From Spirogloea muscicola (taxonomy: Eukaryota), in NCBI GenBank assembly GCA_009602725.1, contig WELB01000021.1, positions 850,415 through 870,414 on the forward strand: a stretch of DNA of 20,000 nucleotides, read 5' to 3'. This document shows, piece by piece, positions 1 to 9,290 of the stretch. Each line of letters opens with the position of its first letter. The first letter of the stretch is position 1. The notes under the pieces were generated by a model. It did not search any database. It was not told the origin of the DNA and was given only the letters and a program-made list of their open reading frames with translations. The position numbers and the translations under genes are program-made.

Positions 1-646
1 TGCCTATGCAGAGGACCTGCCAGAGGATTCAAAGAAAGACAATGCACATGAGTGAAAGAATCTTTCAGTGGAGGGCTTAACTTGCATACATGAGCTGTAT
101 TACGGCCAGACACCCTGAATGCTGGTCGTCACTCTTCGACCACTGCAACGTCTGCCCTCTGGTATGCGGAAGTGGGTGCCCACAGTTCGTTTGGTCTTGA
201 CAGCAAATGTGCACCAGAAAGTAAAGTCACGGCAATTGGAGGATAAAGCAAAGTCGGCAACGACCAGTGGAGATATGGGCAATCAGTGGAGGTGCAGGGC
301 ATGTTCAGACGCCCCAGTGCTCGAGAGGCCATACCGGGAGAAGGAGGGTGACGCCGAGGATCGTCCAGACCATGTCAATAGGAAACTCGCGCGCCAGCGG
401 GGGACGAAGAGCAAGGCTTTGGGGTGGGAGTGAGGCCGAGCCGAGGCAAAGCTCGGCTCGCAGTCCGGAGGAGAACGCGGCTGCTGATGTCAGAACAGCG
501 GCTGTCAAAGCCAGCCAGCCGGAAAGAGCGAACGGAAGAGGGTGGAGGGACTGCGGCGGCGAGCCGAGGGGCGCCGCGAGTGCGGCGGGCGCGGGGGGAA
601 GGCGGTAAGGCTGCTTTGCCAAGGACCCGAGTCCTCGGCTAGAAAA

Positions 647-686
647 GGAGGACGGGAGGAGGGAGGGAGGAGGGAGGGAGGGGGGG
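647..686 (+). repeat. GGA/GGGA low-complexity purine tract with G-quadruplex potential
   Basis: Almost purely G/A tract with several GGG runs separated by 1-4 nt (…gggaggagggagggaggagggaggga…). Confidence 0.6.
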
Positions 687-722
687 CGCTCGACTGTGGG
701 CGGGCACGACTTTCTGACGGCC

Positions 723-768
723 CGCCCTGGCCCCCTTTCCGGGCTCGCCCGGAAAGGGGGCCAGGGCG
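723..768. repeat. Perfect 21-bp hairpin with a 4-nt loop
   Basis: cgccctggccccctttccggg-ctcg-cccggaaagggggccagggcg. Confidence 0.92.
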
Positions 769-939
769 CTTCTTCCGGGCTCCGGGCCCCGTTCCCCATG
801 GCCCGCCGGCGTTGGCGGCATGCGGGGGAGGCGACGGCGCCCCCGCTCCCGCCGATGGGGAGCCCGCCTGCACGTCAGTGGCCCTCCTTTTCAGCTGCTT
901 CTTGGAAGACGAGCTCGTCTTTCCTCCGCCCTTCGCCTT

Positions 940-1132
940 CGCTCCGTTCCGGCCCCGGAACCCTGTTCAGTTTTCTGTGGACTTTGTTCTTTCCTTCTGG
1001 GCTGGCCATTCACAGCCCCCGCCCCCTTTGGAAGAGCTCACTTCCGGGCTGGCATCTAGCAGCCGTTGCCTCCTCCTCTCATCCTTCAGTGGGCTGTCTT
1101 TTCACAGCCTTCGCCGCCTTCTGCTAGAGCTG
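940..1132 (+). mobile_element. CRE-like 3'-UTR remnant with two motif copies
   Basis: ggccccggaaccctgttca...ctgggctggccattcacagcc...ggaagagc and gggctgtcttttcacagcc...tagagc resemble the family-B UTR at 6380-6450. Confidence 0.65.
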
Positions 1133-1179
1133 TCTCCCGTAGAAGAGCCTTCCTTCGCCACCTCCGCTGCAGCCATGGT

Positions 1180-1835
1180 TGAGGCCCGCCAGGCGCGCAG
1201 ACGGGGCCGGCGGAAGATGCGACGTGCCCCCTCCTCTTGCTGGTCACGCCGACGTGCGGCTCTTGGCTAGGGGCTACTCAGCCGCTAGCGGCATAGTGGC
1301 CAACTTTGCTCTGATGAATGATTGGCGTCTACGCTGTACACGACCTCGTCGCGCTTGCACTCGACGTCCACGGGGCATTTAGTACTCGCTGGCACGACCT
1401 AATCCAGCGCGGCGTGCTGTTACCCGCCGTCAAGGGCAGTAGAGCGAGCAGCCCGGCTGCAACACCCTATATCGCTCTGTCAGGTGTACAGGATGCGCCT
1501 TGCCGTCTCCTTGCAGCGCTCCTTGGTACTTGCTGTGCACTTGCGGGCAGGCGGCGTCTTGGCTGCTGCCTCCGCTTTCAACAGGGTGACGCTTTAGCGT
1601 CCACTATACCCTGATCTGCAACATGACTAGAGCTCATTAAGCGTGCAATTGCAGAGTCGCGGGAAGTAAGTATTCGTGATTATGCGCCCTCCGGCCCTGT
1701 TGAACCTTATTCATTCATGTTGGGCTGGCCTCTTACAGCCATCGTCACAAGGGCTACTTATTTCTGGATTGCCTAGACCTTGTCCATTCTTCTTGTGCTG
1801 GCCTTTCACAGACTGCCCCCTTCGGAAGGGCTTTG
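1180..1835 (+). mobile_element. 5'-truncated, decayed 3' fragment of a sister CRE-like family (RLE C-terminus plus 3' UTR)
   Basis: LVALALDVHGAFSTRWHDLI parallels FFPLAIDTHGALGARWLELL of the main element. From 1481, QVYRMRLAVSLQRSLVLAVHLRAG parallels QVYRMRLAVSLQRSMARALHLRAG. Two copies of the 3'-UTR motif follow (1722, 1795). The left boundary is approximate. Confidence 0.85.
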
Positions 1836-2844
1836 TCTTGGCGGAACTGTGGATAAGATTGATTTTGAACACTAGATCTTTAATGCTGAAAGCATAATGA
1901 TTTCTCGAAGCTTCAATGTGACCGTGAGCCTGGTCCTCGATGGGGCCGTGCCTGCATCCTCGAATTGACGCTCTTGCCCTCCCCGATGACAGAGTGGGTT
2001 CCTCTTGCTTTTGGCCGGGGTCCAGCTCGGACATCAGAGCGCGCAGACGGCGCAGCCACGCCGCATCTCAAGGGTGGGCCTGGGCAACTTCTGGAGCTCT
2101 CCTAGCCGTGTGCAGCTCGGTGGCCTTAGCAACTCTGAGCTCCACGATTGACGGTTAAGCGGCGCGGAGCTTGCAGAAGGGACAAACTTAGGTCCTACCT
2201 TATGATGGTGGTATATTGCCCCTTAAAGTCAAAATGCAGCGCTTTACAAAACAGCACCGCTGATTGCTGAAGTGCTCTGCACACAGCTTTTCGTTCAGAA
2301 TCAAAGATGGGAAGCAGAGCTGTCTTGTGAACCTGCCAAGTCACCCGTCAAGATCTTGCAGCTGTGGTACTGTGCTGGCTGCTCTGCACCTGATTAGTGA
2401 GCCACCATCGCATCACTTGCAACGAAATGTGACAAACATTATAAGATCACAGGAGTGCGCATTGGCCACGATGCATCCAATGAAGACACAGCGATGAAGC
2501 GGTCAAAGCTGTGATGTGGGTCCTGGTCAATGAGTGGCCATTTGTTCTGCTGATGCTTTGTCCTTTCGTGTTGGGGCTGCCATATATGCCATCCTTTGCA
2601 ATGGCACCCCTGATCAGGACACTGTCCCTCCTTTCATTAAGAGCAATCGCCTTTCTGCAACCGGCGGCCGCCCAGTCAGCTGCCACCGCGGCCTGCACAG
2701 CCTGGTTGGGGGAGGGCGTCTGAGCGGCGCCGCATCAATCTGGGCTCCTGGTTTTGGGCGTGCTCTCCACCTCATGCGCGGCACCAATCACCTGGCACGT
2801 CCATGAAGCAGCCCAAGCTGCTGCTCTGGTGAGTTGAGGAACAA

Positions 2845-3130
2845 GCTCTACTAAGAAGAGGAGGTGGCTGTGTAAGGCAGCCAATGGTCTAGACAATGTC
2901 TACGGAGAAGCACAACACGGAAAAGGCCCACTCAGTAGTACAGTAGCTATTAGTACAAGAAAGAGCTCTTCAATAAGAAGAAGCAGCTGCTCTAAGGAGG
3001 CGGCGGCTGTGGAAGGCCAACCCGAAAGAAGTAACTCTGTTGATGCAAGGCAATTGCTGTGAAGGCCAGCCTAATATGTAACAGGAATTAACAGGTCTGA
3101 AAGGACCGGAAGTGGCAAAGGAAGAGAGGC
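2845..3130 (-). mobile_element. CRE-like 3'-UTR remnant with three motif copies
   Basis: Minus strand reads ggctggccttcacagc (3071-3056), gggttggccttccacagcc (3023-3005) and ggctgccttacacagcc (2882-2866). The latter two are followed by a pyrimidine tract and tagagc. Confidence 0.6.
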
Positions 3131-3149
3131 ACGCGGTGCGCATGATAAT

Positions 3150-5330
3150 GAGAAGGAGGCCAAAGCACGCCAGCACACGCCAGCACACGCCCCCAGCATT
3201 GAATGCCACTCGAGCTTGCAATCTGCTGAACCTTGTCATTTGCCTCCTTAATTTGTTACAGCCATCAAGCGAACAACCGATGAGGTGGCGGGAGAGATGC
3301 CTCTCACACATTCTCCCAGGTGTCCATCAGGAGATTACAAATTGTTCTTATAATCTTGGTCCATAATGTCTAGATCTAGACCTTGAAGTGCATCCCAGTC
3401 TATAAAAAGATGGGGTGCCAGATTATGCTGGTGAAGATGCTTGGACTCATCATACACCTTGCACAGTGCTAAGGTGGGCTGCACAGTGGAAGTGTAGACA
3501 ATGAGAGGGTCAGCTTAGCTCGTATCACCATGCACGACAAGACGCTGCAAATTGAGGCATCACAGATTGGTGATGATTCATGATGATGATTGAGGAACTG
3601 GCATCTGCAATGCACAGGTGCTTGCCTTGCGAAAGCCTGACCATGCACGCAACTGAGGGTGGTGTACTGCCCATGCATACTTTGCAAGGTCATATACATG
3701 GGCATTCAGAGCAGCTGAAACCTACATCAGCTACGAAACGTTTCTCACGATCTGGCCTCAGCACAACGTACTCCCACATCCTCCAATCTGTCAATTGGTC
3801 CTTTCCAATAATGTATTTAAAATTGCTCTTTCTCCCAATGATTCTGTTCTCGTCGTCATGAATATAATGTGAATCGCTTTGATCTCTCCATCTCCCATTG
3901 TTACCCACGCTCCTGTCAACTTTACTGCCTCCTTTTGTAGACTTTTTTCCCTTTTGTCTTAAAGGGCTGAAGACATGCCAGGGATGGCCCCCACAGCACA
4001 CCTGACCTGTTTCTCATCGAGCATAATGATTCTTGTCAGTCACGACGTTGATATTGGAAGCTGTGCTGCAAATGGGGACAAAGCACTATCTTCTTAGTAG
4101 CAAACACCTAACAATTCGTAACATATCCACTTGTGGGGGTCAAAGGTCAAAACTTGGACTGAGCCAACACTGCATAAGAGAACAGGCTACGCATTACTGG
4201 TCACCCCTGTGATCATGACAGCAAATCATGACATTCAATTAAGTTTCACGCGGGAGAGATTGTGCGTACTGCCATGGAGCCCAAGTTTTGCAGGTGCTTC
4301 GCCATACACATTCACCTCGGGAATCAAGTCATTCAAGTCTTCTATCTCCTCCATAGTAAGCTGTGCTTGTAGGTCAAGTTTCCTCCTCAGTATAGATATT
4401 GCCTCAACATCAGTGGGTTCAAATGTGAGCCTCCACGAGCTACCCAGAGGTATCCCATTCTTGGCCAGGATTCCTTTAAGGCGTGGGTAAACATGGTGGC
4501 ATCGCAGGCACACCATAACCGAGGCATCAAGCTATTGCTGACCCTGGGTGCATCTGCAACAAGCGACACACCCGCAAAGGTCGTCAAGATGATGTCTGAC
4601 AAACTATTTGACGCTAGTCAGTTAGTGCTCAATCTGTGTCAAGCTACTCATTTCCACTGAAATGTGGCAACCCAAAACTCACAAGTAGGGGGAGGGTCCC
4701 CTTGAGCGGCTGCTTTGACCAGCAGGAAGGTCGAGAGTGGCCGCTCGTCCGCTGCCTGGGAAGCCCGCCCGACCAAGATTTTAGCTCCTCTACAGGGCTC
4801 AGCCGACCAGACTGGTACAAGTGAGTTATCAGCTGCGCAAAGGTCAGCAAAACAAGGTCGCGGCAAGGTCAAGACATGGACTACCTTAGAGGCAGTGACA
4901 TGTCCGCAGACAGCTCAGTCAAAGGCCGGAATCTGGTCCACGTAAGCCAGTGGCTGCCCAAGGGGCCTGTGCTGAACGAACAGGCCACCGGCTCGGTCTC
5001 TAGATGGACACATTCACCTGATGTGGCTGCACCCTGCTGTAGAGCACATAAAACTCCACCACTCACAGGGCTTACTGCAGCAAGCAGGCTGCACCACGAG
5101 CCTGCCGCGCAGCCCTGGACGGAGGCGGCGAGCTCGGGGCTCGCCGCGCGCTCGCTACCAGCAGCGAGCGGCGGTGCATGCGCTACCGGCGGCCGTGGCG
5201 CCGCGGGCAGCGCTGCCGAGCATTGCCAACGGGGGGGGCACGGGCTGCTGGCTAGCTCGGCAGTGAATGCCGTCTGCAAAGAGGGAGGGGGAGGGAGCGT
5301 GTGTTGGGGGGGTATCATTGCGGTGTGGGG
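3150..5330 (-). pseudogene. Probable decayed multi-exon gene of unknown function
   Basis: An exon at 4832-4683 is bounded by gctgac..ttgcgcag| and |gtgagt. Further acceptors lie at 4554 (ttgcag) and about 3479 (gctgac..gtgcag). Protein-like segments (LRRKLDLQAQLTMEEIEDLNDLIPEV, KDQLTDWRMWEYVVLRPD, HLFIDWDALQGLDLDIMD) are broken by stops and frameshifts. No family recognised. Confidence 0.45.
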
Positions 5331-5419
5331 GTCATTTCGCTTTTGCCACCCCTTCCGGCCATCCACTACACCGTGAGACGAGGACAGGCTCCTTGAGCGC
5401 TGCGACTGCAAGCAAAACA

Positions 5420-5512
5420 AGCAGCTCTTCCTAAGGAAGGCGCAAACAGCTCTTCCTAGGGAAGGCGATGACTGTAAGAGCCAGCTCAAGAGAGAATTAC
5501 TAGGTCTGAGAT
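5420..5512 (-). mobile_element. CRE-like 3'-UTR remnant with a 25-nt terminal tandem duplication
   Basis: Minus strand reads gagctggctcttacagtc-atcgccttccctaggaagagc. On the plus strand cagctcttcctaRggaaggcg occurs at 5422 and 5447. Confidence 0.6.
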
Positions 5513-5745
5513 GGCTAGAGAGGCGCAGACAATACGACAGCCTAAATCTCCGTGACTGCGAAGGAGTGTCGGTTGTTGGAGTGAGCCGCCAAAGCTGGAG
5601 CCACGCGGCGATTGATGATTGCTGAAAGCAGATCTAAGTACTGATTATATCTGTCGTGTGACCACAGGTGAACTGCTGCCTGGTTGCTGAACCGGCGTGG
5701 GCCCAGAAGAAGATGCTCCTTCAGTATGTAGGATCCCTCAAGCAA

Positions 5746-5990
5746 GGAAGAGCCCCCGCTGCCGGAAGAGCGCTCACTGCTGCCTCTGGCTCTGGCCAGG
5801 GGACCCGCTTCCAGGAACCCAGTCTCTCTGACCTGAGGCTGCTTAGCAGGGGTTACTGAGTGCTTCGTAGCTGCTTCGTTTCTTTTCTGTGCTTGTTCTT
5901 CGTACTTCCCCTGGCCCCTTCTCGTCCTTTGTCCATTCTTTCTTGGGCTGGTTTTTCCAGCCCCTATCGTCAATGGGCGAGCCCTTCTTC
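5746..5990 (+). mobile_element. 5'-truncated family-A 3' end (last ORF codons plus most of the 3' UTR)
   Basis: Encodes AASGSGQGTRFQEPSLSDLRLLSRGY*, the same residues as the main element's C-terminus. The UTR closely matches the reverse complement of about 15897-16030. Confidence 0.93.
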
Positions 5991-6004
5991 CTGCTTGCCT
6001 AGAT

Positions 6005-6178
6005 AAGGATGGACAAAGGACGAGAAGGGGCCAGGGGAAGCACTGAGGAAAACAAGCACAAAATTAAACCAAGCAACTATGAAGCACTCAGTAACCCCTG
6101 CTAAGCAGCCTCAGGTCAGAGAGACTGGGTTCCTGGAAGCGGGTGTCCTGGTCAGAGCCAGAGGCAGCAGCGAGGGCT
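6005..6178 (-). mobile_element. Family-A 3' fragment in inverted (tail-to-tail) orientation
   Basis: Directly similar to about 15950-16123 and the reverse complement of about 5769-5940. Confidence 0.92.
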
Positions 6179-6260
6179 TAAGCAAGCCCCTTCAAGCTCC
6201 TGGAAGAGCATTGGCACTGGCCCTCAGCCACCGCCTGCCTCCCTTCTGGAGGAGCCTCTA

Positions 6261-6455
6261 AGGCCCTGATCAGGGGACTCGCTGCCCAGAGACCAGTTTC
6301 TCCAACCTGCGGCTGCTCAACAGAGGGTTACTGAATGCTTCGAAGCTACTTGACTTCCTGTGTGCTTTCGCGCCTTCCCTGGCCCCTTCGAACCATGTTC
6401 ATTCTTTTTTCTGGGCTGGCCTCTCACAGCCAGCGCCCTCTCCTGGAAGCGTCCT
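6261..6455 (+). mobile_element. 3' fragment of a sister CRE-like family (B)
   Basis: Encodes GPDQGTRCPETSFSNLRLLNRGY* versus family A GSGQGTRFQEPSLSDLRLLSRGY*. The UTR contains ccctggcccctt and gggctggcctctcacagcc. Confidence 0.85.
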
Positions 6456-7619
6456 TCTCTGTAAGGAGCCGTCCACAGAAAGTGGACACATATTGGGCTT
6501 CCATTGAAACGCTCTGCCCGATGGGCACCAGTCTTGCCAAGTGGGCCGCCCACGCACAAGTTCCTCACGGCTGCGACGGCCGGGTGATGGGCCCAAGTCC
6601 TTTCCAGCCTCTTGCTTGCCTTCGAAATTCACTTGCTAGCCTTTTCCTTGAGCATCAAGCCTCGGCTTGCTTGAAGCGGCCCATCTTACTCCTAGTAATT
6701 TACAATGCAATTTTTCCGCAGCAAGGGCGAGGCTCAACGCACTTGCACGCCAAGGACGTGACCACATCGAGGAGGCGCCTTAGAGGCATTCGCAGGTACT
6801 TGCTGGAGGGCACTGTTTGAGGAGGGCCAGAACGCTTCGTCCGAGGAGGGCTTCAAGCTGCGATGCAATGCGCTCCCCCCTCCCCGCAAGCAGGCGCCGC
6901 CTATCCCTTGCCGCGGCAGCGTCGCAAGCTTGCCCACTGGTGATGGGCCGGCAGTGCTTGGCAAGACGGCTCGTCACCGGCGGCGCCAGGGTGCTGGTCC
7001 CAACCGGAAGGGATGATGAGCCGAGGCTCCGGGCCCGGGCCCAGGCACGCTCCCCCCCCGGACCCCCCCGGGCGGCCCGCCCCTCCGCGACCTGCCCGAC
7101 CTGACTGCCATGTGGGACACAGACAGCCGCTTAGCTCTACCCCGAATCTTCACCTCGCGCCAAACAATAGCGTGCCAGGTGAATTGAGCTGAATGTGATC
7201 ACGTGGTCCTCGCAGAGCAGCCAATACGAGCGCGCCAGGAGGCAGCACTGCCGACGGCCGGTGCCGGTGCCGCCGTGGGCACCTCTTTCTCAGCTCCGCG
7301 GCACGGAGAGTCGTCGCGGCACCGCCGTGGGTGCCGTGCTGTGCAGATGCCGCGCACAGCGAAAGTCGCATTTCTGATGCGTGCGGGCGGCCTGGCCGCC
7401 CGACTGCGGGCCGTGACCTGACGCCGATGCCCGCCGGCCGGTCCGTGGGTCCGAGCCCGCCGCTGGTAAGGGCGGCCCGCTAACTTTCTGGTTAGGCAGA
7501 GCAATCGGCAACGAATCTTTCGATCAAGGGGCGCGGGCTCTGTAGTGGATCTTCTCTCGGTGCCCTTTCAGACCCTTTCAGATGACAGCCATCTCCCTCG
7601 GCTGAAAGACTCATCTTTC

Positions 7620-7685
7620 TTTCGGACCTTGTCCGTTCCTTTGGGCCGGCCTCTCACAGGCCACTGTCTTACAATGGAATAGCTG
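7620..7685 (+). mobile_element. CRE-like 3'-UTR remnant
   Basis: ttcggaccttgtccgttcctttgggccggcctctcacaggcc resembles ttcgaaccatgttcattcttttttctgggctggcctctcacagcc (6387-6431). Confidence 0.6.
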
Positions 7686-7899
7686 TTTCTCCTCTCGGGA
7701 CCGCCCGGCCGCTTCAGTGTGGTGACGGTTAGCAAGCGGGCCGTCAGCGACGCCCGCCACTTTCTCTCGCGGCGAAGACGTGCGTCAACGGGCGGGAGGT
7801 CAGGTCAACGGAGCGCTGACCGGCGGGAGACCGGGCCGCCGGGCTCTGCGCCGGGAGAACGGTGGCGCCCCCAGGCAGTGCTACAAAGCGCGCCGCCCT

Positions 7900-9290
7900 C
7901 CGCCTCCATGGCGCCCGTCGCCAGCAGCTTCCGCAGCGAGCTCCCAGGAAGCGGCCGTTGCCCGACTCCCCGACACCGCACCCTCCCACTTACGCGGATG
8001 GCCTGTCGAAGGCTGTCGAGGTCCGCGGCGGTCGCGGCCATCAACGTCGTCGAGTTCGTGCCAAGCGCCACCAGCCACGACCTCGTCGCGGTACGCGCTA
8101 CCGAGCCTCTCTTTGCACTGCACTTACTTCTCAGCTCATCTGCTTGTCCTTGGCTGGTGGCCGAGGCAAGAGTGGGGCGCTGATGCCCTTTCAAGCCTTT
8201 CGTGTCTAAGGCTGAGCCTTGCATCATCTTGGCCTCGTGACCTAGTATGTGCAGGGATTGCTTGAGCTCTTGAAAGGAACTGATTGTGTGCGCAGCATTG
8301 ATATTATTCGTGCCGGGGTCTGCACATTCAGCAGTCGTCGAGTCGTTTCGCAGCAGCAATGTGGGTGAATCAATCAATAGAACCCGCTTACATAACAACT
8401 GCTTGGCTTCAATTGACAGCTCATCTTGGTCATTACTGAGGTTGGAGCCGAAATCATGGAGGCTTGGAAGTCCACTTCAGGTGTATGCAAGAAAGCAGTG
8501 TGTCTGCAGCGAGCTGCGCTGCAAGCTATTGACGCTGTCAAAGACCGTTCACATGGCATTGGTGACCTAGAGACTTTTCTATCCTTAACCAGACTCACAA
8601 ATAGCATCCTCGATCTGGACCATGAATGCAACAAAATCCTTCAGGTCAGTCTGTGCCTTGCCTTGCCAATAATGAAATGCTATTCAACTCCACCGTTGTT
8701 GACAAAGTTGAGATCGTGCTAGGAGATTTCCTGGACAATCTATCTCAAGCCAAGGTTTTCGACCGTTCTGGTTACCTGCTTGCCTTTGCTCCGCTCTGCT
8801 TTAGGGTCTTCAGAACTGACAAAGGATGTCAAAACTAAATTGCTTGCCGAAAGCTACGTCTGACATTCTATTGTGGGCTGCAATGCTGCAGGCTTGGTTT
8901 CCCTGTCTATGCACTCCGGCAGGCTTACGTATCGCTCATGACAGGTTTGAGGTTCAGTACAAAGCAACAGTCCAGATGCTGAATGAGAGATGCCCAAGGG
9001 ATAATCACTGACACAACCTCTGATGTTGGCTTGCTATGAGCTTATGAGACCATCTCGTACCTTGAGCTTTATTTGTTTGATGGGGAGTTGGAGCTCGTAT
9101 TGACTAGACTTATGACGATTCTTTACATTCTAGAGAGTGCCAGCTGCCTATTAGCAGCTGCATGCAGATGTAAGTATTCTACTCACAAGCAAATCTTCTC
9201 TCGCCTAGCAAGTGCGCATCCTCTTGAGGAGGTTGTCCGTCGACAGTGTCAGCACAACTCAAGAACGATGGGCACAAGCAAGTAATTTCT
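7900..9290 (+). pseudogene. Probable decayed multi-exon gene of unknown function, possibly extending to about 10100
   Basis: CpG-rich 5' part, with candidate introns 8091-8254 (gtacgc..gtgcag) and 8756-8922 (gttttc..ggcag). Helical-looking peptide segments (GLLELLKG, DLETFLSLTRLTNSILDLD, VDKVEIVLGDFLDNL, ELELVLTRLMTILYILE) lie in shifting frames. Confidence 0.4.

Noticed and set aside
542..1270. 242-aa ORF as a real gene
   Set aside because: Low-complexity GC-rich frame running through a hairpin, a purine tract and retroelement UTR remnants.
1311..1345. CTGATGA as a hammerhead ribozyme core (also near 12845)
   Set aside because: No stem II or GAAA follows.
6735..6800. Minus-strand RRLLDVVTS resembling the RLE motif RLLLDVVTT
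   Set aside because: No flanking RLE motifs (RxD upstream, K..KY or PLA..G downstream); probably coincidence.
7430..7520. Possible HDV-like ribozyme or tRNA-like fold
   Set aside because: Only two small hairpins are visible; the nested pseudoknot and A/B boxes could not be assigned.
999..7662. Repeated hairpin motif read as a CRISPR-like array or histone stem-loop
   Set aside because: Copies are irregularly spaced, on both strands and linked to RLE ORF ends. Stem and loop do not fit the histone consensus, and no cas genes are present.
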